A DNA stretch of 64,000 bases from Octopus vulgaris (taxonomy: Eukaryota): contig OX597816.1 in the NCBI GenBank assembly GCA_951406725.2, forward strand, positions 63,364,001 to 63,428,000, written 5' to 3'. Positions 14,482-28,012 of the stretch are shown here, one piece after another. The translations under genes were made by a program, and so were the position numbers. Position 1 is the stretch's first letter. Each line of letters begins with the position of its first letter. Below the pieces are notes generated by a model, which did no database searches, was not told the origin of the DNA, and saw nothing but the letters and a program-made list of their open reading frames with translations.

Positions 14482-14600
14482 TTTTACGACCATATCACTT
14501 TGAAAACACCAGTTCTCATCCGATCACCGAAGTTAAGCAAAGTCGAGCCTAGTTAGTACTTGGATGGGTGACCGCTTGGGAAACCTAGGTGCTGTAAACG
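14482..14600 (+). rRNA. 5S rRNA-like sequence, full length (~119 nt), solitary, probably a retrocopy or variant
   Basis: TTTACGACCATATCAC..GAAAACACC..CCGATCACCGAAGTTAAGC..TTAGTACTTGGATGGGTGACCGCTTGGGAA..CTAGGTGCTGTAAAC matches metazoan 5S, including boxes A and C; no oligo-T terminator follows. Confidence 0.9.
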
Positions 14601-14605
14601 TCTAT

Positions 14606-15003
14606 AGGCATGGGAATGGCTGTGTGATAGGTAGCTTGCTTACAAACCACATGGTTCCAGATTCGGTCCCACTGTGTGGCATCTTGGGCAACTGCCTTCT
14701 ACTACCGCCTCGGGCCAACCAAAGCCTTGTGAGTGGATTTAGTAGACGGAAACTGAAAGAAGCCTGTCGTATATATGCATTTATATATATATGTGTGTGT
14801 TTGTGCGTCTGTGTTTGTCCCCCCAACATTGCTTGACAACCGATGTTGGTGTGTTTATGACCCCATAACTTAGCGGTTCGGCAAAAGGAACCGATAGAAT
14901 AAATACTAGGCTTCCAAAGAATATGTCCTGGGGTCGATTTACTTGACTAAAGGTGGTGCTCCAGCATGGCCGCAGTCAAATGACTGAAACCAGTAAAAGA
15001 GAG
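14606..15003 (+). mobile_element. Full-length family B SINE
   Basis: Same head, internal microsatellite and GTAAAAGAG tail as the other family B copies. Confidence 0.9.
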
Positions 15004-15254
15004 ACTTACTTCCATCTTGAAATTGCTGATGTTGTGCTAAAGTTTAAGATTAATATTCTAAGAATGTTGAATGGAATTGGTGCAATGTATAAGACACTCA
15101 TGAACAGACTGCAGCCTGCAGGAGTTTCTGTACGGCATGCTTGATGAAAAATTACTTTGAATATTTTTAACAATGCAACATGCCTGATGATGGACCATGT
15201 CTAATGGCCTACTTCTTCAAAAAGTTTACCAATGCCTGGTATAAGATATTAAAT

Positions 15255-15488
15255 TAAGGCGGTGAGCTGGTAGAAACGTTAGCATGCTGGTTGAAATGCT
15301 TAGCCATATTTCGTCTGTCTTTACGTTCTGAGTTCAAATTCCACCGAGGTCGACTTTGCCTTTCAACCTTTCAGGGTTGATAAATTCAGTACCAGTTACG
15401 CACCGGGGGCGATGTAATCGACTTAATTCGTTTGTCTGTCCTTCTTTGTTCCCTCTATGTTTAGCCCCTTGTGGGCAGTAAAGAAATA
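15255..15488 (+). mobile_element. Full-length family A SINE with Tx1-like tail
   Basis: 17-bp TSD GGTATAAGATATTAAAT at 15238-15254 and 15489-15505. Confidence 0.92.
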
Positions 15489-15644
15489 GGTATAAGATAT
15501 TAAATCCATTGGTTATCATCTCAAATTTACTGCAATCATTTCAGATGGCTATGTTATTCTACTATGTTATTCCAGATGGTTATGTTATTTCATCTAGCCT
15601 TCAGTAAGAGGGTATCCGCTCAGCTGTCTTTAACATGTTGTAGC

Positions 15645-16140
15645 ATTCAGCTTCAGGTACCAGTTTCTAGCAACCAACAGCAGGTACCAGTTGTCAGTAA
15701 TATGTACCAACTATCTGTGATATGTACCAGCTATTGGCAATACAAATCAGCTATGAGCATTAGATATCGGTCAGCAACAACAGGTACCAGCAAGTGGTGG
15801 TACGTATATCATCAATCAAAAAATAGGCACCAACAACAATTACCAACTGTGAATAGTATCTACCATCAAGGAGCAAAGGGTACCATCAAGCAGTAACAAG
15901 TTCTGATAGGTACCAATAAATAGTAACAGAAACCGGTAATCAGCAATAGAAACCATCCAGCAACAAGCAAGACCAGCTATCAGGTAGAGGTACCAGTTAT
16001 CAGCACCAGCTTATAGCTATTGGCAATAGGTACCAGCTAGCAGCAATAGATACTAGCTTTTGGCAAAAAATACTAGATATCGACTATAAGTACTAGCTAT
16101 TAGTAATAGGTACCAGCTAGTGAGTTGCAGGTGCCAAGTA
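15645..16140. repeat. Degenerate ~20-bp minisatellite (consensus ~AGGTACCAGCTATCAGCAAT)
   Basis: GGTACCAG-like cores recur about every 20 bp over ~500 bp. Confidence 0.85.
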
Positions 16141-17560
16141 CTTGGTATCTTCAAAAAAGTCACACAAAAAAAAATACTGGAATTCATTTGCCCAATTAAA
16201 CTCTTCAAGGTGGTGCCCCAGCATGGCCACAGTCCAATGACTGAAATGATTAAAAGATAAGAGGTATTTAAAGTCTTCAAGGTAATCACGCCTCACTGTA
16301 CAATATTAGTATTTGATATTCTGGTTATCAAATATTAAAAAAATAGTCACAAGATTATCAGTTGTCCTTTCAGGGTCAAAAGTAGCTGTCCCTAGCTGTG
16401 AAATGGTAGAATTATTGAAGCATTATGCAAGAGGCTTTACAGTTTGTTTTTGGATTTTTATATTTAGAGTTCAAATCCTTGATTGGATGGATTGGGAGGT
16501 GTCAAGGCAGCTCATAATATACTGCAGTATCACCAGCATCTTTCTACTATTGAGCAGCAGGCCTTCCGTTGCCTCAGTAAAATGGTGCCATAGATTGTAT
16601 CCATGACGACCTGCCAAGACCTGCTCGCAACTCTTTCACCTCATTAATCAAACTCACTAGCAAATGACCTCCAGGGATACACAAACTCTGGAAATAACCT
16701 CAGCAATGAGGAATAATATAGCTATGACCAAAATCCCAATTTCTAATTAGATTTTCGTTTTCGAGATAGGTGCAATCATTGCAGCTATTTCTCATTTTAT
16801 TCTATGATATAAAAACACAGCACAAACAATAAAATCATGCTAATATGGTTTAGAGTTGTTTCAGTCTTCCATTATTTTTCTAGATGATTCTAACCATGTC
16901 TTATATTTTTTTTTCTTTCTTACAATTCTGTAACAAGTATTTATGGAGCTAGCCAGTCCATTTTACAGGAATCAACTGAATAACCTGCCTGTAAAAGCAC
17001 AATGTTTCAATAACATAGTTTGCCATGAAGAATGTATAAATGAATACATATTATTCTGGTCTTTACCAATTTACCATTGTCAATTTTTAGCATTATTGGA
17101 ATAGATGCTTTTATTGTATACTTGGAGATAAAAATTCCAAGTTTCTAAGCACATTAAGAAAACATTACTTTTATGCATCATGTTTTTCATGATATATATG
17201 TGTGTGTGTGTGTGTGTGTATAAATCAATTCATCCAATGGAGCTGACTTGAACGATTTAGCAGTCAGTCCCTACAAGATTTCTTTTCTTCAACGATGGTT
17301 GATAATGCCTTTCCATTTCCCTGGATTAGTAACTCTGACAGCTTTGTGTTTATGCAATTGCGAGCCTCTGTGAGTGTGTGTGTGTGTGTGTGCGTGTGTG
17401 CATGTGTGTGTGTGTTTAAAACCTGTATTTGACTCCCTTTCTTTGCCTGTTGAATTCTATTTCATTGCTAAATTCTACTTATACAGCTTCATGTAAAGCT
17501 TGAGTATTAATGTGCCTAACTGTGTCTAAGCATATACATACATACACACACTCATACATG

Positions 17561-17611
<51 letters not shown>

Positions 17612-17672
17612 GAGTGTATGTGTAGCATCTGTGTGTGTGTATAAAAAATAAAACCAAAACAGATTATTCTGT

Positions 17673-17712
<40 letters not shown>

Positions 17713-18459
17713 CCCCTCCACCCTCTCTCTTAAATATTATTTTTAATTCAATACAATTGCAATTTCGTTATTGAATTATTTATTTTTTTGTTAATCTGAT
17801 CTGAAAACTAAACTGGTTTATATTTCTATTATTCTATCTTCTGCCAAACACATTCAGAGTAATGCAACAGATTTAGCTGGGGAATTTAGCAAAGAATTCC
17901 TAGATATATTTTCTTAATTCTATTAGGGTGAAGGAATTTCCCATAGCACAATGGAAAAATTATACCATTATATTTCATTTTGGTTTATTCTATAATATAT
18001 TTAAAACAGAGCAAAATAATTGAATTTGATTGTCCATTATTTAGATTAAAAATAAATAAGGAAATAAATGAAAATTTTCAATAGAAATAGTTTAAATATG
18101 CTTAAAATTTTCAAGTTTTAGTAAATAATTTAAATAAAGAAAAACATGAATATTTGTTAACCATTTCGAAATTCTTTAAATTCTTCTCTTGGAGAATAAA
18201 AAGTAGTGTAAGATACAGATTGGTAAATTAATATAAATGTTATTCATTAAAAAAGATAATAAAATAATATAAAAATAGATAAATCACAAGATTTCTATTA
18301 TCCAACTCTTTTTTTTTTCTCATTTCTCATCAGTTTGTATTATTTAGATCTCATTATTCTCATCAAATACATCAGTTGTACATATTCTAGATGAAGAACA
18401 AAATGATATTGTGATGTTCATGCTTTCTGTCTGGATATTAGAAATATAAATGATTGGTT

Positions 18460-18627
18460 CAGGGGTGGCTGTGTGGTAAGAAGTTGCTTCATAACAACAT
18501 ACTTCCAGGTTCAGTCCCACTGCATGGCAGCACCTATGGCATGTTGGGCAAATGTCATCTACTATAGCACTGGGCTGCCAAAGTTTTGTGGGCAGATTTG
18601 GCGGCTGATGGAAACTGAAAGAAGCTC

Positions 18628-18680
<53 letters not shown>

Positions 18681-18706
18681 ATGTGTATATATATATACAT
18701 ACGCAC

Positions 18707-18765
<59 letters not shown>

Positions 18766-19010
18766 GGTATATATACATATATATATAACTTTGCATGTTT
18801 TTGTGCTGTATTTGTCACTCCACTACCACTTGATAACTGGTGTTGGTTTATTTATATACCCATAACTTAGTGGTTTGGCAGAGAGACTGATAGAATAATG
18901 ACCAGGCTTCAAAGGTAAAAAAAGGACTGGAATTCATTTGCTCAATTAAACTCTTCAAGGTGGTGCCCCAGCATGGCCACAGTCCAATGATTGAAATGAT
19001 TAAAAGATAA
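18460..19010 (+). mobile_element. Old family B SINE with expanded internal (TA)n
   Basis: Head GGGGTGGCTGTGTGGTAAGAAG, ~200 bp TA tract, tail CCAGCATGGCCACAGTC. Confidence 0.8.
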
Positions 19011-20113
19011 GAGGTTTTTAAAGTCTTCAAGGTAATCACGCCTCACTGTACAATATTAGTATTTGATATTCTGGTTATCAAATACAAAAAAAAAAGCACA
19101 AATTAATATCTAATTTGTTTTTTTTTAAAGCAAGATTTATTTTGACTAGTCTTTTTTTTATTTTTATTTTTACGTTTATTTTAAAACAATTTTCCTTTTA
19201 TTTTGTGAAAAGCCAATTTTTTTTGTAATTAATATTTGGAGAGAAAATTTTTTAAGGAAAAGTGACAAAAAATGTATAACAAAATTTTCAATACAAAAAT
19301 TGGATAAACAAAGGAAAAAATATATTACGCTGTATTTACTTATAACTTCCTACTGTTATATTTGCTACTAATTGATATTTTGGGGATTTCTTAAATCTCC
19401 ATGCTACTTTTCAAAAATTCAGATATACCACTGAAATTTATATATGCTAAAGATAAGATTTCAACAATTTTCAATCAACCAAGACATTTCCTTGGTAATT
19501 CCTTTACAGTTGAATATATATATTTTCCTTTAATTCATTATGGGTTTTAATTTAATTAGCACAGACTGTAGAGGCCATGTCAGTTCTTTGTATTGAGTAA
19601 CCATTTCATTCTGGGACAGGTGTAACCATTGAAACTACTTCTCAAGGATTTTTTTCTTGGATAGCCAGTATTAAAGCACAGAATATAAACCTTTGAATTA
19701 ATCATGAATTATGATAAATATTCCTTCTCCACAGACATGGTGTTGCTGGGAAATCAATGTTGAAGATAAACTCAATTTGTACTTTTCCGACTCAGCAACT
19801 GTTCAAAATATGTTATTTCCTTCATATAATGTTCTTTTCTTTCTTTCTTGGTTGAAATCTTCACAGTAAAATCCAATCATATTATTGAATGTGGATATTG
19901 ATCTTATAGGAACTAATAAAGTGGATGCTTTTAAAATTAAAACCAAGTATAGAATGCAGCATCATAAAATATAGGAAAACTGAAATATGGACAAATATGA
20001 AATTTTTATCAAAAATTATTAAAAACGATAAAAGAAAAGAAAGACTCCCACTATATTACACAAATTGAAAAAGAGAATATGTGACATATTCCTATTAGAG
20101 TTAAGCTCTTTTG

Positions 20114-20154
20114 TGAGGTGAGTGAAACACACTACATGTGTTTCACTCACTTCA
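20114..20154. repeat. 18-bp hairpin followed by AAT/AAG repeats
   Basis: TGAGGTGAGTGAAACACA-ctaca-TGTGTTTCACTCACTTCA (one G-T pair). Confidence 0.85.
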
Positions 20155-21031
20155 ATAATAATAAGAAGAAGAAGAATATTAAGAATTTTTGAATGATTGG
20201 GTAAACAAATTAACTTTTAAATTAGCAAATTCGTGTTTGGCACTTGATTTAATAAAAGGCCCTTACCAAAGATTACATTAAAAGGATTTTATTAGGATAT
20301 GGCCATTTTAAAATGAGAGCAATCTTGTATAATATGAATGGAATCAATTTCAGGATAGTTGGTTGTAAAAGAGATAACTAAATTCTTTTATATGGATGTA
20401 AAGCAATCATACTGAAAGACATTCTCCAACCTTAGTATCACATGTATAAAGGAGGCATATTTTGGCCAAATTTCTTAAACTGACATTGTAAGAACAATAC
20501 CTCTATTCTCCTTGTCCAACAGCCAACAGATTTCTAAACCAAACCTCTACTGTCTAGAACTACCAAATTCTTTTATAATTCAATACTTTCTTTCAATCAC
20601 AGAATCATAGCAATATTCTACGTATAGAATATCTGGAAATCCTGTAGAATATGAAAAATGTCTAACTTCAACCAATGTATAAGGAAGAGGATTTAGTGCT
20701 ATTGTACATCTGTATATACAACATAAATGAAACACATTGTTATCTTCATCTAATTTTCTTTCAAGTGTGCATATTGCATTACATACATGCATGCATACAT
20801 ACATGCATATATATATATATATATATACATACGTATATATATTTATATACAGATATATATATATGTATATATTATATATACACACATACATACATACATA
20901 TGCACTATATATGTGCACATATACATAAAAATAGATACATACATATACACATACACACACACACACACACACATATAGATCACTAGCCACTACACATTCT
21001 TTATTTTCTCTCCTTGTTTCTTTCTGTGTTC

Positions 21032-21067
21032 CTTTCTGTAGAAGAGCGTAGGCTCGAAATGTTAAAG
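21032..21067 (+). ncRNA. Minimal hammerhead ribozyme-like motif (A6U core variant) in a ~185-bp island between microsatellites
   Basis: CTTT-CTGTAGA-A-GAGC gtag GCTC-GAAA-TG-TT-AAAG; stems I and II pair; stem III ATGT is plausibly CpG-decayed ACGT. Confidence 0.55.
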
Positions 21068-21169
21068 ACTTTTTTTACTTTCCAAGCGTTAAACTAATAC
21101 ATCTGTTTGTTGCTTACACCACCTGTCTTTGTCTTTTGTTTCTTTTTGTGAATTCTCCCTATACATGTG

Positions 21170-21203
<34 letters not shown>

Positions 21204-21896
21204 TATATGTATGTATATGTATATTTCTATACATACATGCATGCATGCATACCTACATGCATTTAACAGAGGGCAACAATTACAATAGTGATAAGCAACT
21301 ACCTTGTTTAAGTTTTGTTTAGTTGAGATTTTCAAATTTAGTTTTTTAAAACAAAATTACAGAGAAAAATGAATGGTATCAATATGATAACGCCTAAGTA
21401 TGATGGGACATGATTTCATTTGAATGTTTCTGTTTTTATCCCCATAAGTTGGCAAAACCATAACTTATCATGAGGAGGCAATGAAGTCATTGAAATGCTT
21501 GAACAATGGAGATAGTGTCATGTCGATAAAACATCAAGGATGTATGAAAATGTTATGTAAGTACACACACACAGAAATACACATATATATGTATACATAT
21601 ATATCTATGTGCACGTTTGCATTAATAGATACAAATAATATACATACATGTATGTGTGTGTGTGTGTGTGTGTGCGTGTGTGTGTACAGTAAAGGAGGCT
21701 TTATATAGCAGGTGATTAGCAAAGTTGTCTTAATATCAAGGGTTATAAATGCATAGAAGCATATATGTATATATTTTTTAAAATTGAAAATTATAGACAT
21801 TTATAAATATATAATATATATAATAAACTGAACATTTTATTTTACATTATAGCAAATATGTATATATAGATATGTGTGAGTATATATACAAGTATG

Positions 21897-21947
<51 letters not shown>

Positions 21948-21964
21948 ATGTATATATAGATATC

Positions 21965-22195
21965 CAGATGTGGTCTATGCCAGCCCCTCGCCCTGATTGT
22001 CTCCTGTGCTGGTGGCACGTAAAAAGCACCCACTACACTCTAGGAGTGGTTGGCATTAGGAAGGACATCCATTTGTAGAAACATCACCAGATCAGACTTG
22101 AACCTGGTGCAGTTTCCTGGCTTGCCAGACCCCAGTCAAACTGTCCAACCCATGGCAGCATGGAAAACGGACGCTAAACGATGATGTTGATGATA
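21965..22195 (+). mobile_element. Family D retroposon fragment with (GAT)n tail
   Basis: GGTGGCACGTAAAAAGCACCCACTACAC...GCATGGAAAACGGACGCTAAACGATGATG; repeated at 22810-23005 and partly at 9813-9905. Confidence 0.8.
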
Positions 22196-22809
22196 GATAT
22201 ATATATATGTATATCTATGTATAAATATATTCATATATTTGTATATATTGTAGTCAGCATTTCTTTTCTACATGTTTCCTTAAATACACACCTGTGTTCA
22301 AGATTTACCATTTTAATTTTAGATTTTTCACAGGTGCCAAATCTATTCCAGTTCCTGAAAATGAGCCTGTGAAAGTCTGGAAATATTATACATGACTTTA
22401 GTAACTTCATTCTTACAAACTCCCTGGGAAAAAAAGGTAATGAGAGAATACGTATCATCTAAAATAAAAAAAAGATGCAAGTTGAACATAGTCATGTATT
22501 TAATGCCACCTACTCTGTATATGTATGTGTGTGTATATACATATATATATGTATGTGTATATTTATGTATACATGCATACATATGCATATTGCATGTATA
22601 TATATGTATGCAAATAGACATAAGCATACTTACATATATTGTATAATATAACTATATTTACATGTATAATGAAAAATGTATACATATATAAATGTATACA
22701 TATATAAATATCTCTTTCACTTCATGAGTGTATATCTGACAAATATTGCCTATATAACATATATAACATATTTATATATATACACACACACACGCACATA
22801 CACATATTG

Positions 22810-23004
22810 TGCTGGTGGCACGTAAAAAGCACCCACTACACTCTCGGAGTGGTTGGCATTAGGAAGGGCATCCAGCTGTAGAAATAATGCCAAATGAGAT
22901 TGGATACTGGTGCAGCCTCCTGGCTTGCCAGATCTCTGTCAAACCGTCCAACCCACGCCAGCATGGAAAGTGGACATCAAATGATGACGACAATGATGAT
23001 GATG

Positions 23005-23005
<1 letters not shown>
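22810..23005 (+). mobile_element. Family D retroposon fragment with (GAT)n tail
   Basis: Homologous to 21965-22195. Confidence 0.8.
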
Positions 23006-23089
<84 letters not shown>

Positions 23090-24118
23090 TGTATGTATGT
23101 ATGTATATATTGAGTTAAAAGCATCTCCAATAATGTGTGTGTTTCAGTTAAACACTTTTTAGGTGAGGAATTTTATCTAGGGAAAGTCCCTTTAAGATAC
23201 AGAGTATGAAAAACACTAATTACCTCAAAACCAGGTGAAATGAATCATCATGTCGATGAATGAGAAAGATATATATTGACATTTTGCTGTTAGTTCAGCT
23301 CATTAGCTTTACATCATGGGTCACCCTAGAAACGAATTCTGATCGCTGGTCTGAGGTTTGTATAGATAGCATAAAAATCCATCTATTGATGTCAACAACT
23401 CTGCACAATGTGTGTGTATATGCACGTGCACACATGCATGTGTGTTTGTGTGTGTATGTGCATATAGACAGTGTCTTTAATTATATATGATATATGATAT
23501 ATGTTTCATGCTAAATGGGGGTCTAATCAATGTGTTCATCCGTTACATAACTGTTCTCCATACTACTTTGCAAATCAGCCACTAATTTCATCAAAAGCAA
23601 CCCTTAACCCCATCAAAGTGAAAAAAAAAAATTAATAAAAATAATGGTAACATAATTTTAGTGCTTTTGTGCTTTAATACAGCCAAACACGCACATTTCT
23701 TAATCTATTTTATTTATATTTTTATTTTCAAGCACAAAAAAATGTTCTCCTGGTGAAGAAAAATAATACTTATCATTTTACACACACACATGCATGAATA
23801 CATGCATAAACACATAAACACACATGCGAACACACAAACACACACACACACATGTTTATTTGTACAGCTATATTATGAAAAGATAAAAGTTATATCTATG
23901 TAACCAAGCAGATATTGAAATTTACATTAAATACATACATATATATGTACATATGTATATATATATATTATATATATATATATATATAATATATATATAT
24001 ATATAGATAGATAGATATATCTATATACATATGTATGTGATATATATATATCTTTATATATATACATGTATATTAATGATAATTCCCCAGCTCTGTAATT
24101 TGTATGTATTAGATTACA

Positions 24119-24211
<93 letters not shown>

Positions 24212-24493
24212 ATCCATTCATCTATCTATCTATCCATCTATCTGTCTAAATATATATATATGATATATGATATGATAGATGCATGTATACATATATACAT
24301 ACATGCATAGATATATCTACAAGGTATCAGATTCTCAAATAACTCCATGATATCTACTTCAATCTTTGATAAACATTTAATAGCTTAGTTTTGTATACAT
24401 GCATGTATGTATGTATGTATGTATGTATGTATGTATGTATGTATGTATGTATGTATGTATGTATGTATGTATGTATGTATGTATGCATGCATG

Positions 24494-24540
<47 letters not shown>

Positions 24541-24930
24541 TTTCAAACACACTTAGACAGGTAAATGTCCTATCATATATACACCTTTTGCACTATTGAA
24601 TCATCTTCATCTTGGATAGTGAATTATATGGGTGTATAATGTAAGCTCAAACTGCAGATATCTGTATTTTTCAACAGATATAACTTGCTAATATTTATAC
24701 AATTTTAGTGATGTAACAGTGTATACAACTTCAATTTGCTATTTGAAGCAGTTTAAAGTCAAACAAATGCACACACCATTTTTTCTGGCTTCCTTCCCTC
24801 TCTCTGAGTACTCTCCCTCATGCCCGTGCTCACACACTGTACAGTAAATATATATTAATAAAGGCATGTATATATTTCCATATATATATATATATATATA
24901 CTTTATTTAAAAGCAGCAGAAATATAACAA

Positions 24931-24974
24931 AAGCTGTTACTCAGAGTTTCACGTTCTCATTCTTCGGACAGTTT
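24931..24974 (-). ncRNA. Minimal type-I hammerhead ribozyme motif (best-preserved copy)
   Basis: Minus strand: CTGT-CCGAAGA-ATG agaa CGT-GAAA-CTC t GAG-TA-ACAG. Stems I, II and III all pair, GUA cleavage triplet, only a U4C core deviation. Confidence 0.7.
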
Positions 24975-25037
24975 ACTCTACCTCTGGTATTTGAGTACTC
25001 TTTTTCCAACTTGTTTCACATTTATGTTCTTACTCCA

Positions 25038-25103
<66 letters not shown>

Positions 25104-25131
25104 AATGTCTATCTATCTATCTGTATTTATA

Positions 25132-25168
<37 letters not shown>

Positions 25169-25622
25169 GGGTGTGTGCATAGACAGATGTATGTCTTTAC
25201 AGATATCTATACATGCATGTATATGTATGTGTATGCATGTGTGTGTGTATGCATACACACACACAAGGATATACAGACAACATACATATATATATGTGTG
25301 TGTGTTTATATACACACACACACATATTTAAAATTACAATGAATATTCTGAAGCAAAGATGATTCTTTGGAAATATATTCCGTACAAGACAACATACCAC
25401 TTTACTGAATATATTTTATAAAATAAATGTGTTTGTATTGTGAGAAATGTTTCGTGAACATCTGTTTATCTTTTGCTGTTTATATTTAGGTAGGTAGATT
25501 ATGACAAGAGATAAGACTTATTTATTTTGGCTAATGAACACTTCATTTTAATTGAACAAGGTTGCTTAATTTTCTTTAATCAGTATTAAATATTTACTTT
25601 ATTTCTTCCTAGTTTGTAAACG

Positions 25623-25671
<49 letters not shown>

Positions 25672-26372
25672 TTACATACATATATATCTACTTACATACA
25701 TATATATATACTTACATGCATATATATATACCTACAAACATGTATATGTATGAATGTATGTATGTATGTATGTATTTGTATGTATATTGCAGATGTTTTG
25801 TGTTTTAGTTTAAAATCGTCAAGTTCAAGAAAGAAATACATTATAAATGATTTAAGCGTTAAAATTTTCATCAAAAAGTGTTGTTCTACATTTTATGCAC
25901 CAAATTGGATAATTTTTTTTTCTCTTTTGGCTCAAACTAATGTTTATAATAATGTTTAAGATAAATAAGAGTTCCTTGAAGAAATTTTTTCATGGCTGTG
26001 TTGTTTCTTCTTCCCAGAATTCATAGTGGCGAAATGTCACTGTGTGCCAGCGACAGATAATGTTGCTGAATTAGCATTTTGTTTCAGCAGTGTCATACAT
26101 GCTAATATTGATTTTAATACAAATTCTAAATATCACACTGAGCTACATTGACTCAAAATTCATTTGGCAACAAACATGTATTTCTTTTCTAATGTGTTTT
26201 ATCTGTTTAAAATATGAGGGAAATAGATTGACAGAATCTTTAGAGTATCAAAGAAAATGTCAGATAGCATTTAGCTCTGGTCCTTTATGTTCTAAGTTTA
26301 AATTCTGCAAAGCTTAACTTTGCATTTTGTCTTCTGATGTTGAAAAAATAAACTAACAGTCAAGAACTGGTG

Positions 26373-26422
<50 letters not shown>

Positions 26423-26794
26423 TAACTATTTCTCTCATGCAAATTTATGGCCTAATGCCTATGTTATAAATAATTATCTATTTTAAAATTGTTCATGTAA
26501 TGGAAATTTTTGAATTATTTCCTCCTTCATAAAGGTTTAATTTATAACAAATTACTAACGGGAAATTATAGGCTTTAATTTGGTCCTAATTTTTTATAGA
26601 AAATTAATTAAATTGTAATTAATTGAAATGAATCATACTGATTTTGATCAGAAAAATCCAACACAAGTCTGTATGTGAACATACTGACACTGGATTTTTT
26701 TTCATTATAGCAGCAATTTCACGACCATACAAACTGCTGATATGAAAACCACTAACCTTGTTAATAATTTGGCTATCATCTGACCTCATGACTC

Positions 26795-27203
26795 TTTTAT
26801 TTCTGTGGGATATCAAGGGTTGCATATTATTTCCCTGTGATAACAAGGGTTTTATATTAGTTCCATGGAATAGCAAGGTTTTGCATATTAGGACCATGGG
26901 AAAACAGGAGCTACAATAATATTCCTTAAGAATAACAAATGCAACATCATTTCCATGGGATAAAAAGTGCTACATATTCTACATATTATTCCCATGGTTT
27001 AACAAGGATTGCATATTAGCTCCATGGTTTATAATTTCTATGTGATAAAAAGGGCTATACATATTATTTGCATGGGATAATAAGGGCTACATATAGTCTC
27101 TATGATATAACAAGGGCTACATACTATTTCTATGGCATAACAAGGGCTATAATATTATTTCTATGAGATAACAAGGGCTCCATATATTAGTTCCATAGGA
27201 TAG
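26795..27203. repeat. Degenerate ~30-bp minisatellite (~14 units, consensus ~TCCATGGGATAACAAGGGCTACATATTATT)
   Basis: ATAACAAGGG and CATATTA motifs recur about every 30 bp. Confidence 0.88.
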
Positions 27204-27758
27204 CATTCCCCATTTGGGGCAAAAAAACTCATCTCAGGCAACTTCAAATTGATTTATTGTTGTGCTCCCTCGTGTATGCTTATTGAAGGCTTCCAACCTC
27301 ATTTCTCCTGCCGTGCATCATTAATGTGATATTTCCTCCAGATTTTTACATATAAAAAATAACATAAAATTTAACAGGATTCTTCTAATGTGAGCCCTTC
27401 TCACACAGCTGCAGACTGATCACAAAACAACAACAACAACAGCAACAACAATAATAACAATGAGAAACACATTAGTTTTATCGTCATTGCAACTATTGGT
27501 CATATCAGAATTTATAATTTCCATTGTGGGAGTCTAAATGCCATCAAGCAATGTTTCAATACTCAAACTGTTGCTACCATAATATACATACATACATCTA
27601 TATATATGTGTGTGTATGTATGCATGTATGAAATGAATGTATGCATGTATGTGTATCTATATGTGCGTGTGTGTGTATATATGTGTGTGTGTGTATGTGC
27701 ACAGCCTCCAAAGAGACTGATGTCTGTATCAGCAACTTGGGTATTATTCGGTAAAAGT

Positions 27759-27910
27759 GATGAGAAGAGTGCAGTGAACTTGCTGTGGGGAGTGGAAAGA
27801 TCTGCTGTCTTTCATTAATTTCTTTCCTGTAAACTTTTCACTGAAGAAGGACTGTCCAAGACACTGGATTTTCCGCCCTCTCTGGTAAGTTCACTGCACC
27901 CTTTTTCATC
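27759..27910 (+). repeat. Imperfect ~45-bp inverted repeat enclosing a decayed hammerhead-like motif
   Basis: GATGAGAAGAGTGCAGTGAACTTG...GGAAA pairs with TTTCC...TAAGTTCACTGCACCCTTTTTCATC; inside is TTCA-CTGAAGA-A-GGAC t GTCC-AAGAC..TGGA. Confidence 0.75.
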
Positions 27911-28012
27911 AATTCCACGATATATATATATATATATGTATGTATGTATGTATATAATATTTAAGAAAAATTCTATTAATGTGTCCTACCTGTTAAAAAC
28001 TTCTATATTTTG

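Noticed and set aside
15645-27203. CRISPR-like reading of the 20-bp and 30-bp arrays
   Set aside because: Units are contiguous and degenerate with no unique spacers, there are no cas genes, and the context is eukaryotic
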